64,000 nucleotides of DNA. It comes from Escherichia phage ECBP2. Each line of letters starts with the position of its first letter. Within the stretch, counting starts at the first letter, position 1. The stretch lies in the sequence record NC_018859.1; one strand, given 5' to 3'. The notes beneath the pieces are model-generated. The model had not been told where the DNA came from, searched no databases, and saw nothing but the letters and a program-made list of their open reading frames with translations. Shown one piece after another: positions 10,339-20,377 of this stretch. The translations under genes were made by a program, and so were the position numbers.

Positions 10339-11307
10339 ATGGGTTTATTTGGTGGAGGGGGTAGCACGTCTACTTCCAAAATGACAAGACCTGAATATAT
10401 TCAAAATTATATTGACCAACTAGTCAATCAGGTGAATAACACAAGTTCAGGCGATTATGTTTATAAAGACAATGTAGGTTTTAATCAGAACCAAACTGAG
10501 GCTCTGAATAACCTTTCTCAATCAGGGGCACTAGGTGCTCTCTCTTCTCAGTACATGGGTGCTGCTCAATCTGGTCTAGGTTATCTTGACCAAGCTAATA
10601 CTGGTTACAACAATCTGACTAATTCAGGTCAAATCACTGGAGAACAGATTGGTGCTTTGGCTGGTCAACTCTATGATGATGACGCTGTTCAGGCTGCTAT
10701 TACAGCTAATAACGAACAGACCCAGCAAGACTTGGCTCGTAATGCTCTTCCTCAATTGGCTCAACAGTATGCTGGTCAGCAAGGTTCAGGTGCACGTATG
10801 GCTAAATCTTTTGCTCAGGGTGATGCTCTGAATCAGATGCAGAATACAGCAACCAATATTACTAACAGTGCTTATGACTCTGCTGTCAATCAGGCTCAGA
10901 GTATCCTGTCTGGTAATAGACAATCTCAGGCTTCCGCTCTAAGTGGTCTCTCTGGTATCGGTAACACTATGTCTAACCTTGGTACTCAGGCAGGTCAACT
11001 TTCTCAACAGCAGATGCAGAATCAATGGGCAGCAGGTTTGCAACAGCAACAACAGCAACAGTCTGAATTGGACAATGCTTATACTAATGCTCAGAATGCA
11101 GCCAATTGGGGCTATCAAGACATTAATAACCAACTCGGTGCAGCAGGCGTACTCAATGGTGCTTTAGGGACAACGACTACTAATAAAGTTTCAGGTGGTG
11201 GAAGTGGTTTCTTAGGTGGTGCTATGAGTGGCGCAGCAGCAGGCTCTTCCTTTGGACCTTGGGGTGCGTTAGCAGGTGGGGTCATTGGTGGGTTGGCTAG
11301 TTCTTAA
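10339..11307 (+). CDS. Q/N/S/G-rich low-complexity virion protein (paralogue of 9280..10329)
   Basis: SD TAAGGAGG. Starts MGLFGGGG. Has the same composition, polyQ tracts and glycine-rich hydrophobic tail as the upstream gene. Confidence 0.55.
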   Translation: MGLFGGGGSTSTSKMTRPEYIQNYIDQLVNQVNNTSSGDYVYKDNVGFNQNQTEALNNLSQSGALGALSSQYMGAAQSGLGYLDQANTGYNNLTNSGQITGEQIGALAGQLYDDDAVQAAITANNEQTQQDLARNALPQLAQQYAGQQGSGARMAKSFAQGDALNQMQNTATNITNSAYDSAVNQAQSILSGNRQSQASALSGLSGIGNTMSNLGTQAGQLSQQQMQNQWAAGLQQQQQQQSELDNAYTNAQNAANWGYQDINNQLGAAGVLNGALGTTTTNKVSGGGSGFLGGAMSGAAAGSSFGPWGALAGGVIGGLASS

Positions 11308-11321
11308 TTAGGAGATTAATT

Positions 11322-12953
11322 ATGCAACAAACATCTTACGCGTATCTTCGTAGTCAAGACCCGCGCAATCAGATTTATGGTGATCGTCAGAGAGGGGTTA
11401 CGGCCTCTCCTTACATGTCTAGACCTGCTGGTCCAGCTGCTGACCTTTCTATGTATCAGCGTCCTGCTGTACCTGCTGGTTTGGATGAACAAGTACAACA
11501 AGCTCAGGCTGATCAACAGGCAATGGTCAATCCGGGATTCAAGCAACGTTTGTATGAACAGCAAGGCATTTCTGTCCCTACCAGTTTGGCTGGTATTGAC
11601 GCTGGTATTAATCCGGGTGAAGAAGGCTCTATGATACCTCCTGATGTAGCTCCTGCTTCTAGTCCTCTTCCGGTTACTGCTCCTGCTAAACCAATTGAAG
11701 AGTCAGATAAAGAATTTGCCCCTGAACAAGTACAACAGGCACAAGGTGTGATGAATACTATCGCTTCTGGAGTTCCTCAGGGTGAAGGTATGAGCGGTGC
11801 TACTCGTGCTGCTGACCAAGAACGTGTTAACCAAGATATCCTTAAAGTTGCACAATCTAAGAACCCAGCAGAAGCTTGGAAGACTATGCAGAAACAACCT
11901 TTCTATCAGAACTCTAGTTTCTATACTGGTTTGATGGGTGTAGGTCTTTCTATTATGTCTGGTAAGTCTCCGATTGAAGCATTCCAGATTGGTTCTGGTA
12001 TGGCATCTCAGGATGAAGCTAAACAACAGTTGGAGTTGAACCGTGATAACCTGATTGAACAAGGTTACTCTCAAGATTCTGTAGCTGCTGCTATAGCTTC
12101 TGGTGATCCTTCGATGTTGAAGATGCGTCAGATTAGTCCTCAGGAGAAGATGGCTCTTGCTGCTCAGGATGAAGCTCGTGCTAATCAAGAGTGGGATAGA
12201 CGTCAACAGATTCAAGACCAGTCGGTTCGTGAACGTGCTGCTGAAACTCGTCGTGCTGCTGAAGAACGTGCCGATGCACAGTTTGCTAAACAGAAAGAGC
12301 TTATTGGCTATCGTGATCAGGTTAAAGCAGACCGTGCAGAACAAGCTGCTCAGAGCTTCAACTTCAGTACGAAAGAGCTTCGTAACGTTCAGAATACTGC
12401 TGAAGGCTCTGTTGCTAAACAGTGGGCAGAAAAAGCAGCTCTGTTTAAACAGTCTCACAAAGACTTGGATTTGGCAGACAAAGCCATTAAAGATGGTGAT
12501 TATCAATCTGCTCGTACCGCTTACATGCAGGCTATCATGAACTCCGCAAGGGCTGAAATTGGTGCTAACCGCTCTCTGCAAGCAGATGACTTATCCCACT
12601 TTGCAGAAGACCCGTCAATCTTTGTTAAGACTGGTAACACTTGGTCTCTCAAAGCTGGTTATCGTCCTTCTGATGCAGCTCTGTCTTATGCTCGTAAGCA
12701 GGCAACAGTTGGTGCTTCTTCCGCTGATAAGGGTGTTCTGGAATCTAAGAAAGCTACAATTGATGCTTATATTGGTTCTGGCATGGATAAGAAGCGTGCA
12801 ACTGCTGTGGTTAACCGTGGTATCCCTTCTGGTGGTTTCTATGACCCATACAAGACTTTTGATGCAGAAGCTGATGAAGCTGTTGGTGGTGCAGCAACTA
12901 ATCCCAAACTTAATGGTGCTCTGTCTTCTAATGTTGATTGGATGATTCAGTAA
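11322..12953 (+). CDS. Virion/internal protein, coiled-coil rich
   Basis: 543 aa ORF in the structural block with a charged helical central region. No catalytic motif recognised. Confidence 0.5.
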   Translation: MQQTSYAYLRSQDPRNQIYGDRQRGVTASPYMSRPAGPAADLSMYQRPAVPAGLDEQVQQAQADQQAMVNPGFKQRLYEQQGISVPTSLAGIDAGINPGEEGSMIPPDVAPASSPLPVTAPAKPIEESDKEFAPEQVQQAQGVMNTIASGVPQGEGMSGATRAADQERVNQDILKVAQSKNPAEAWKTMQKQPFYQNSSFYTGLMGVGLSIMSGKSPIEAFQIGSGMASQDEAKQQLELNRDNLIEQGYSQDSVAAAIASGDPSMLKMRQISPQEKMALAAQDEARANQEWDRRQQIQDQSVRERAAETRRAAEERADAQFAKQKELIGYRDQVKADRAEQAAQSFNFSTKELRNVQNTAEGSVAKQWAEKAALFKQSHKDLDLADKAIKDGDYQSARTAYMQAIMNSARAEIGANRSLQADDLSHFAEDPSIFVKTGNTWSLKAGYRPSDAALSYARKQATVGASSADKGVLESKKATIDAYIGSGMDKKRATAVVNRGIPSGGFYDPYKTFDAEADEAVGGAATNPKLNGALSSNVDWMIQ

Positions 12954-12973
12954 GACCTAAGTCCTATCTCTTA

Positions 12974-12982
12974 TAATGTATA
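12974..12982 (+). promoter_or_regulatory. TAATGTATA motif (candidate phage-sigma-dependent middle/late promoter)
   Basis: Exact TAATGTATA lies 37 nt upstream of the ATG at 13019, in one of the few intergenic gaps of the plus block. The same 9-mer recurs at other gene-array boundaries. Confidence 0.5.
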
Positions 12983-13018
12983 TAGGAGGTAGGACATTTT
13001 TATTTATAAGGAGAAATT

Positions 13019-16000
13019 ATGGCTAACTTAAAACCGTGGGAAGAAGCTTCTAAAAGCCCTGCGTATTTGAACGCCTCCCCTGAGCAACAGTCTCAGATGC
13101 GAGAACAATATAAAGCAGCAGGTGGAACAATTCCTGAGGCGGCTCCAGCTCCGAAACAAGAAGAACAACCGGGATTAATTGGTGACTTTGCTCAAGGTGT
13201 GTCCAATGCTATTCAATCAGGTGGTGCTAATATTGCAGCTAGTGCTGCTAGAGGTATTGGTGGATTAGTTGAGATTGGAGAGAATCTAACTGGTTCACAG
13301 ACAAGCTATGGTAAGCGTATTCAAGAGAACTCTAAGAATTTATTAGAAGAACGTCTCTCTAAGATTGAAGATGGTATTGGGAAGTCAGCTGGTCAGTATG
13401 CTGGTGTCGCTGCTGATATCGGTTTGACAGTTGCTAACCCTGCTATAGCTGCTGCTGTTATTGCAGCTCGTGAGACAGGCCGTGCTTATGCAGACCAAAC
13501 TCCAGAAGAGGGTGAAGAGAAGTCTGTTCTTGATGCTGGTTTAGTTGGTGGTGCTAACTTTGCAGCTCAGAAGATTCTTCCGGGGATGACAGGCACTGCT
13601 TCTACTACTCTAGGTCGTGTTGGTCAGAGTGTAGCATCTAATGCAGTGGCTGGTGCTAAAGGTGGTGCTCTTGTAGGTGCTGCTGAAGCACAGAACAAAT
13701 ATGGTGATGACACTACTCTTGCTAATATTATTGAAGGTGCTGTAGAAGAAGGTGCGATGGGCGCTGCTTATGGTGGGGCTATTGGTGGGGTTCATGGATT
13801 GATCAGTCGTCCTAGTCCTCAAGTATTTGACCGTACTCCAGAGCATGTTAAAACTGATATTGCCGCTGAAGATGAAGCGATACGTAGTGCTACTAATGCT
13901 GATGAATTACGTGAAGCGTATTCTAAAGCTGACAATGCTAACACTGCTTCTGCCCTTAACCTTCTGGACGAGAATGGTTTCCGTGTTACTGATGCTGTGG
14001 CTATGGATTCTCCTGCTGCTCAGCGTATCCTGAACACTGACCAAAGTCGTGCTGAGAAGGCTGCTACCATTCTGGAAGATCGTTCTAACGTTCCGGGTTT
14101 GAACCCTCTTGCTGCTCCTAACAAGCGTCAAGGTAAAGCGAACGCTGATAACGAACACAACCAGAAACAAGCCGTAGCAATGAAAGATGCGATGGCTGAC
14201 TATACGAAAGACAACACTAAGTCTCTATCTGACGTACTGGACAATCTTGACCGTGAATTAACATCTGCTCGTGCTAGTGGTGACTTTACTGGTAGTGCTA
14301 TGGATATTAAGAATCGTACTCAAGCTGACCGTGACTTCATTGATGCTTACAAAACTTTCTATAACGAAGCTAACCGATTCAAAGCTCGTGATGGTGAAGA
14401 CTTCAACAACTTCATCGAGAAAGCAACTGAACTACAGAAGCTAGCTGATAATGTTTCTCCAGAGATGAAGACTGCTATTGGTGGTTTGAAGAAACTCAAA
14501 GGTATGCCTGAAGGTTTCAACCCAATCCAAGATGCTTTCACTCTGAATAACACAGCTAAGTTAATGAGTAACCAAGACCGTGGTTGGACCTCTCTAACTG
14601 CTGACGGTTTCAAAGAAGCTGCTCCTCCGGTTCTGATTAAGAATCCACTTGGTGCTGCTAAACATGTTCTCAACCGTTTCCGTTCTGACCGTGCTCGCTC
14701 TCAACGTGAAGGCCAACAGGCGGCTAACAGCGAAGCTATTCGTTCTCTTGCTCGTAGTGATATGGAAGTAACTCGTGCTCGTGCTCAGGCTGATGAAGCT
14801 CGTGCTGCGATGGAGAAAGAACCTGAAGTTGATGACATTAAATTTAGAACTCAAAATGACCCGGAAATCGAACCGGTTCGGGAGCCTTCTGCTACTACTG
14901 TGACGGAAGAAATTTCCTCTCCTCAAACCTCTCCTTTAACTGCTCGTGATTTGGTCGCACAAAGACGTGCTTTGAAGGAAGCTCAAGCTAGACGTCAGGA
15001 AGCCGAAGCTAGTAAGATTCAGGAAGAGCCAACTCCCGAGCCAGAGCCACAAGAACCAGTTACTACAGCGAGAGATTTAGTTGCTCAACGTCGTGCTGTT
15101 TCAGAAGCTCGTAAACGTCAAGAAGCAGAAGAGGCCAGCAAGGCTGCTGAGAGCGCCCCCGAGGAACCAACTGTTCAAGCAGAGCCATTGCCTACCCGTG
15201 CTCCTAAAGCTCCTGAGGTTGAGGCTGAGCCTGTTAAACCGGCTACTGGAATCGAACGTCTGGCTGCTATGTCAAGTGCTGCTCGTCAAGCTACTAAAGA
15301 CCGTGCAGATCGCTTTGCTCGTTCTCTGTATACGGCAGGTGCGAAGGCTAAAGCTACAGCTGAAAACTTCCTTTCTTATAAAGGTGACCCGAAAGAGTTG
15401 ATGCGTCGTATTCGTCAGGAAGACCAAGCGAACAACTCCGAACGTCATGCTGAGATGGCTCGTAACCAACTTGCTTCTCAACAGGGTATTGCTGCTGCTA
15501 AGTCACAACGTGTTCGTTCTTCGTTTGCTGATTGGGTTAAGGAACGTGGTCTGCCTTCTGATATTGCTACCAAGGCATTACGTGCTGAGGAGAAAGGTAT
15601 TGGTGGGAACGTGACTAGTTTGGATTCACTGAAGCGTAGGTCTGAACGTCTGTATCAGAAACAACGTGATGATGAATTTAACAAACTATATGAGGAAGCT
15701 CTTGCAGAGAATAAGAAGATTGACAAAGCTGATGCCCCTAAACTGGTTGACCAGAAGAAAGAGTTACACAGTGAAATCAATACACTTCTTGATGCAGAGC
15801 CATTACGTCCAGCTCAGAAAGATGCTATGCGTAAGATGATGGAAGATTTTGTAGATGGGAAGTTTAAAGCTTCAGAGAGGGCTGGAAGGGAAGATGCTTT
15901 GGAAGTGGGACAGATGAAGGATATATGGGATGGCTTTATCAACACCTATAACCGTGAAGTTAACATGTTCAACAAAGCTAATAAGAACTCTCAGTACGAA

Positions 16001-17437
16001 GCAGCAGCTAAACACCTGCAAGCACGTCAGGAACGTCTTGATACGCTCCGTAACAGGGCTAAGGCTCGTAGTGATGCCAAGGCAGCGGTAGAGACAGAAA
16101 GGCAGTCTCTCGAAGCTATAGCGGCTCAGAAATCGGAGATGGAGAAACTGATGAAAGATCTGCCAGAGTCAGTACGTGAAGCTCAGGAAGGTCGTACGCT
16201 GAAACAGTTAGCAGCTCACCATGAGAAGAACTCTCCTGTACCACCAGAGCGTTTCCGTAGTATCATTGAACGTATCCACAACGCAGAGAGTGATTACATC
16301 GACCGTAAACGTCGACTCACTGAAGCGGAAGAAGATGCTCGTGAAGCTAAGTGGAATAAGATGTATGAGCAAGCGGAAGAGATGAACCGTAAGTTCGATA
16401 TTGACTCTCGTGTACAGCGTGATAAGAAGCTCAAAGAAGCTCAGGAAGCAGAGAATGACCGTATGGCAGTACAACGTCAACGTGATGACATTCACAAGCG
16501 CCTGATGCGTTCTATGGAGGATAAGGGTATTCCTAAGGAAGATGCAGAAATCTTTGCAGGTTCTTATATGGATAACCGTTACTCTCTTCTGGAGAAACCT
16601 ATGACTCCTACTGAGCACCAGAATGCTCGCTCTCGTATTGAATCTGATATCTCTAAGTTTGCTAAGGATTTTGAGAAGATGACACCAATCGAGAAAGATA
16701 TTGCTAAGGCAACTGGTGATATGGATGGGAAGGTAGAGGTGGATGCAGACACTTCGAAAGCTATCGAAGATGCGAAGAAGGTAGATTCTGAGTTGAAGAA
16801 ACTTCAGGATGAAGAGTTGGAAATGGAGAAAGTTCGTTCGGCGTTGCCGGAAGATGAAAGATCTCAAGCCTCCTCTGATATACTGGAAAGTATTAAGAAG
16901 CAGGAAGATGACTTTGCTAACAAAGCAGAGAAAGCTTTTATCGAAGGGAAAGACTTGCAGGAGCTGGCTAGTGTAGCGGAGGTTCTAGATAGGGTTCATG
17001 GTGCTGACAAAGCTGGTAATAACCGTCGCTTTGTGCGTGCTTTACAAACGGCTGCGGAGAACAAGAAACAATATGGAGATAATCCAGTGGCTTGGTTTAG
17101 TGCTGATGATTACTCTGCTATTGCGAAACTTGGTGCTGCTTCAGCGGGTGGTAACAAATCTAGAGCACTGGAGAAAATCTTTGGTTCTACTGCTGAACAA
17201 GCTAAAGGGAAACTTTTAGGGCGGGATGATGTAGCGAAGATTAGACATGTGATTGAAGAGAATCCTGATGTTAAGATTCCTTCTTACAAGACAACTACTC
17301 GACAAGAGTATTTACAGTTCTTGGAGAAGTATAATGACGAGGGAGAGTTGAAAGTCAAACGTGGTTCTCTGTCTGACAAGTTGGAGAGAGGTAAGCGTCA
17401 AGCTAAACTCCGTGTTAGAGTTCGAGCTAAGGAGTAA
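13019..17437 (+). CDS. Giant internal virion/ejection-type protein (1472 aa)
   Basis: Gly/Ala-rich hydrophobic N-terminal region, then a very long charged coiled coil with an internal tandem repeat (ARDLVAQRRA..EA..RQEAE twice). Last gene of the structural block; a terminator follows. Confidence 0.6.
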   Translation: MANLKPWEEASKSPAYLNASPEQQSQMREQYKAAGGTIPEAAPAPKQEEQPGLIGDFAQGVSNAIQSGGANIAASAARGIGGLVEIGENLTGSQTSYGKRIQENSKNLLEERLSKIEDGIGKSAGQYAGVAADIGLTVANPAIAAAVIAARETGRAYADQTPEEGEEKSVLDAGLVGGANFAAQKILPGMTGTASTTLGRVGQSVASNAVAGAKGGALVGAAEAQNKYGDDTTLANIIEGAVEEGAMGAAYGGAIGGVHGLISRPSPQVFDRTPEHVKTDIAAEDEAIRSATNADELREAYSKADNANTASALNLLDENGFRVTDAVAMDSPAAQRILNTDQSRAEKAATILEDRSNVPGLNPLAAPNKRQGKANADNEHNQKQAVAMKDAMADYTKDNTKSLSDVLDNLDRELTSARASGDFTGSAMDIKNRTQADRDFIDAYKTFYNEANRFKARDGEDFNNFIEKATELQKLADNVSPEMKTAIGGLKKLKGMPEGFNPIQDAFTLNNTAKLMSNQDRGWTSLTADGFKEAAPPVLIKNPLGAAKHVLNRFRSDRARSQREGQQAANSEAIRSLARSDMEVTRARAQADEARAAMEKEPEVDDIKFRTQNDPEIEPVREPSATTVTEEISSPQTSPLTARDLVAQRRALKEAQARRQEAEASKIQEEPTPEPEPQEPVTTARDLVAQRRAVSEARKRQEAEEASKAAESAPEEPTVQAEPLPTRAPKAPEVEAEPVKPATGIERLAAMSSAARQATKDRADRFARSLYTAGAKAKATAENFLSYKGDPKELMRRIRQEDQANNSERHAEMARNQLASQQGIAAAKSQRVRSSFADWVKERGLPSDIATKALRAEEKGIGGNVTSLDSLKRRSERLYQKQRDDEFNKLYEEALAENKKIDKADAPKLVDQKKELHSEINTLLDAEPLRPAQKDAMRKMMEDFVDGKFKASERAGREDALEVGQMKDIWDGFINTYNREVNMFNKANKNSQYEAAAKHLQARQERLDTLRNRAKARSDAKAAVETERQSLEAIAAQKSEMEKLMKDLPESVREAQEGRTLKQLAAHHEKNSPVPPERFRSIIERIHNAESDYIDRKRRLTEAEEDAREAKWNKMYEQAEEMNRKFDIDSRVQRDKKLKEAQEAENDRMAVQRQRDDIHKRLMRSMEDKGIPKEDAEIFAGSYMDNRYSLLEKPMTPTEHQNARSRIESDISKFAKDFEKMTPIEKDIAKATGDMDGKVEVDADTSKAIEDAKKVDSELKKLQDEELEMEKVRSALPEDERSQASSDILESIKKQEDDFANKAEKAFIEGKDLQELASVAEVLDRVHGADKAGNNRRFVRALQTAAENKKQYGDNPVAWFSADDYSAIAKLGAASAGGNKSRALEKIFGSTAEQAKGKLLGRDDVAKIRHVIEENPDVKIPSYKTTTRQEYLQFLEKYNDEGELKVKRGSLSDKLERGKRQAKLRVRVRAKE

Positions 17438-17444
17438 ACAAGAA

Positions 17445-17484
17445 AAGCCCCCAACCTGTAAAAAGGAAGGGGGCTTCTTTATTT
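17445..17484 (+). terminator. Terminator at convergence of plus and minus gene arrays
   Basis: AAGCCCCC...(16 nt loop)...GGGGGCTT followed by CTTTATTT. Confidence 0.65.
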
Positions 17485-17672
17485 CTAGATATAGATTCGA
17501 CATTTTGATATCAAACCTTTATCACTTCTCTTGCCATATCTACTATACAGTAGGGGTGTGTCCTTGCTCTTAATAGAAACCATTAGAACAAAGAGAAAAC
17601 CCAAGGCTATTAGAATCCATCGAATTCATCATACATCCCAATTTTCTTCTTCGAAGTCAATCATAAGACCTC

Positions 17673-18032
17673 CTAGATTAGATCATAATACTTAATAATA
17701 TCAGAGAGCTTAAACTCTCGAATGTCATTCTTGTCATTGTCCCAAGCGGTCATTATCCAACAAGGTTTGCCCCCATTATGATAACGGGAAGAAGCAACTG
17801 AGGTTCGTATAGGAACAACGGAGCGGTCTGCAATTTCACCTCTCCAATTACGATAGCTAAAGCGAAGAGTTTGTGTCGTAGATACTTGATCATTTGTATT
17901 TTCCTTGTTCATAGATTCAAAGACTTCCTTCTCTTCAGGAGTCTCTAGATTTTTTAAATTCGCGTCTTGCATCATTCTCTTCCTTAGTTTTAATCTTATG
18001 GCAAGGTTCTTTACACAAGACTTGAAAGCCAT
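17673..18032 (-). CDS. Hypothetical protein, WYL-like C-terminal pattern; start uncertain
   Basis: R..VVPIRT....Y..GGKPCWIMTAWDNDKNDIREFKLSDI resembles the WYL-domain pattern. The 5' part overlaps the upstream HNH gene, so the true start is probably an internal Met. Confidence 0.4.
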   Translation of the reverse strand: MAFKSCVKNLAIRLKLRKRMMQDANLKNLETPEEKEVFESMNKENTNDQVSTTQTLRFSYRNWRGEIADRSVVPIRTSVASSRYHNGGKPCWIMTAWDNDKNDIREFKLSDIIKYYDLI

Positions 18033-18339
18033 CTACCTCAACCAAAGCTCTCTCAATGATTTCATCCCAAGATGCTTCATGGTCCACTGGAACAATAGGA
18101 TTAATGTGGTCAACAGCTACTTCCTTAAGAGGAGAGTCATTACCACACATGGCACACTTGTAGTGCATTGCCAGCTTGCCAGTCTTAGGGTTGATCTTAC
18201 GTTCTGTCTGAGCTTCTTTGAGAGCATCAAACATAGGCTTCCACTTTCTAGTCAGAGAACGAATCCCTGACTTGATGAAGGAATTATAACGTGCTTCAGT
18301 CCACTGGTTTGAACATCTTGTTTTCTCAGCCTTCGCCAT
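17935..18339 (-). CDS. HNH endonuclease
   Basis: CAMCGN...VDHINPIVPV...QVLCKEPCHKIKT is an HNH core with flanking Cys pairs. Confidence 0.75.
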   Translation of the reverse strand: MAKAEKTRCSNQWTEARYNSFIKSGIRSLTRKWKPMFDALKEAQTERKINPKTGKLAMHYKCAMCGNDSPLKEVAVDHINPIVPVDHEASWDEIIERALVEVDGFQVLCKEPCHKIKTKEENDARREFKKSRDS

Positions 18340-18517
18340 AACCTACATCCATATCAGCGTCTTCCCAAATACGTTTGTTAATACGATGTGATTCTTTTTC
18401 AGCACGAGGGATACGTCCAGTACGACGATCAAATGCTTGATGTTTAATCTTCTGGTCTTTACGAGACTCACGATTAGAGGAATTTTCATCATACGAACGA
18501 TAGTCAAATTTACCCAT
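18326..18517 (-). CDS. Small basic protein
   Basis: SD AAGGA. 63 aa, R/K/D/E-rich. Coupled to the downstream gene by overlap. Confidence 0.4.
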   Translation of the reverse strand: MGKFDYRSYDENSSNRESRKDQKIKHQAFDRRTGRIPRAEKESHRINKRIWEDADMDVGYGEG

Positions 18518-18530
18518 TATAATATCCTTA

Positions 18531-19349
18531 TTACCAAGTTTTATCTAACCATGACCATTCAAAGAGGTCACCTTCAGCTTGTCCGACGAAGAGCAATCGA
18601 GCATTTTCTAGCATCTTAGCTTCTGCTTCTTCCTCGAACCTCTTATAGTATTCCATTCGTATAATGTGATAAAGAGTACACTTATCGAATACCTTCTCAA
18701 TAAGTTTGATTGCAGCCTTGCTACCAATACCTTTACGACGCATAACTAGGTTGCCACCCCACATCATTTCAACTTTCTCACCACATCCGGGGATGTTGTC
18801 TGTACTGTCCCCAATCAACATCTGATAGAAGAAGTTCTGCCATGCTACTTCCTCTGATACATAATGAGGAGGTACTTCTTTCTGTCGTTCACCACAAGCC
18901 CAGCGATAATGCCATCCGGGAGTGATTAACAAATCCTTATCACGAGTACAGATGATAGTGTTCTTCTCAATACGTTGTCGTTCAGCGAGTGCATCATCTG
19001 CTTCTCTACCAAACACCTCAACGTACTGATAATGTTCTTTGATGTAATCACTAACGTTCTGCCAATGATGTGGCCTTTCTCCCGGAGGTCGGTTAGCTTT
19101 GTAACCTTGTTGCTGAGCAATATCAAATCGGAAGTTACCACCTTCACTAAAATAGAAGACAGTTCTTTCACAACCAGCTCTTGAGATGATTACATCAATC
19201 TTATGTTGGAGACGTTCAATCAAGAATCCATAATCAACTGGAACACGACCTGTGTCTAGAAAAGGATGCTCTTGTGTAAGAGCACCAACCTCATACCGTA
19301 GAACATCTCCGTCCACAATCGCTACTTCTGGATAAGATATATCACTCAT
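18531..19349 (-). CDS. 5'-3' exonuclease / flap endonuclease (T5 D15 / Pol I 5' nuclease family)
   Basis: Motifs EADDALAERQ, TRDKDLL and IGDSTDNIPGCG. The start is set at MSDISYPEV (ATG 19349), which has GGAGG 5 nt upstream. Confidence 0.85.
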   Translation of the reverse strand: MSDISYPEVAIVDGDVLRYEVGALTQEHPFLDTGRVPVDYGFLIERLQHKIDVIISRAGCERTVFYFSEGGNFRFDIAQQQGYKANRPPGERPHHWQNVSDYIKEHYQYVEVFGREADDALAERQRIEKNTIICTRDKDLLITPGWHYRWACGERQKEVPPHYVSEEVAWQNFFYQMLIGDSTDNIPGCGEKVEMMWGGNLVMRRKGIGSKAAIKLIEKVFDKCTLYHIIRMEYYKRFEEEAEAKMLENARLLFVGQAEGDLFEWSWLDKTW

Positions 19350-19785
19350 GATTTCCTCCATGGTGTCGGATAAGGTGACAATTAGCACAGAGCATGACAT
19401 ATTTATCTAACTCTGCCTTAAGTTTAGGCCAGTACCGATAGTATGAAGGGTTTTCGTCTTTTGTTTGTTCATCCAGATGATGGAACTGCATAACACAAGG
19501 TGGGTATTCTTTTTTACAATCTAAGCAAACACCTCCCATGTATTCTATTGCTTTTATCTTAAGATCTCTATTTGCCTTATTAGCAACCTCTTGCCGTCTT
19601 TTTCTATTGGCAGCATACCAAGCTCTTTTCTTTTCTGCGGTACAAATCTTACAAGTTCCAGTCACACCCTTAGTGCACACCTTATTGGGGTGATATTCTG
19701 TTAGGGCTTTTTCAACCCCACAAACGTTACACACCTTAGTATCTGCATCCACAATTGCTACTTCAGGATAGATTACATCAGGCAT
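19342..19785 (-). CDS. HNH-type homing endonuclease-like protein, free-standing insertion
   Basis: Cys-rich N-terminal half plus FHHLD...K...LCANCH..RHH. Its first 15 codons duplicate those of the flap endonuclease gene. Start MPDVIYPEV (ATG 19785) overlaps the upstream stop. Confidence 0.7.
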   Translation of the reverse strand: MPDVIYPEVAIVDADTKVCNVCGVEKALTEYHPNKVCTKGVTGTCKICTAEKKRAWYAANRKRRQEVANKANRDLKIKAIEYMGGVCLDCKKEYPPCVMQFHHLDEQTKDENPSYYRYWPKLKAELDKYVMLCANCHLIRHHGGNHE

Positions 19786-20377
19786 AGAGATCTCTCCGTG
19801 TCTGTGCAATACTGTACTCTAAATACTCCACTGCCTCTTCTACAGAACCATCATTAAAGAGAAGATAGGTTGAAAGGTTCGTGCCTTCAATATAGGAACG
19901 AGAGTCTCCTTCAAAAGTACATCCATCCCGATAAATCTGAATTACTCGAACATCGAAATGCTTTTCCAGTTCTTCAACTTCTGCTTTGAATCCACCATCA
20001 GAGAAAACGATAACATCGTTCTGTCCTAGCAGTTGTTGTTGTTGAATGCTGCTAACAGCAAGTTTACCCATGCAGGTATCCCCAAACATTGGCTTCAGAT
20101 AGTTCTCACTAGTTGAAATCATCAAATCTCGAACTGACTTACCGCCCCATTCAGGACGGTTATGTTCTTTCCACTCACGGTCGTTGTACAGCTCCATGAA
20201 CTCATGAAGAGGGAGACCTAATGCAGCAGCAGCCACTCGATACATAGGCTCCTTAAAAGCCTTTACATGAGGTCTAAACTCATCGTTACCGAGTGTCTTC
20301 TCTAACCAAGAATTAGCGATTGTATCTTTACCACAACCCGGTGGTCCATTCAGAATTACTACTAATGGTTTACTCAT
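19778..20377 (-). CDS. P-loop nucleotide kinase (dNMP kinase-like)
   Basis: Walker A ILNGPPGCGKDT at the N-terminus. Size and layout match small phage deoxynucleotide kinases. Confidence 0.55.
   Translation of the reverse strand: MSKPLVVILNGPPGCGKDTIANSWLEKTLGNDEFRPHVKAFKEPMYRVAAAALGLPLHEFMELYNDREWKEHNRPEWGGKSVRDLMISTSENYLKPMFGDTCMGKLAVSSIQQQQLLGQNDVIVFSDGGFKAEVEELEKHFDVRVIQIYRDGCTFEGDSRSYIEGTNLSTYLLFNDGSVEEAVEYLEYSIAQTRRDLYA

Noticed and set aside
11703-12581. 292-aa ORF antisense to the virion gene 11322..12953. Similar long antisense or out-of-frame ORFs occur at 4634..5218, 16208..16867, 37483..38025, 52342..52851 and 45340..45732.
   Set aside because: Each lies entirely inside a longer ORF that has recognisable motifs or fits the co-directional, translationally coupled gene array. 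Their translations are low-complexity (L/S/F/R/T-rich), as is typical of the reverse complement of biased coding sequence. None has an SD.
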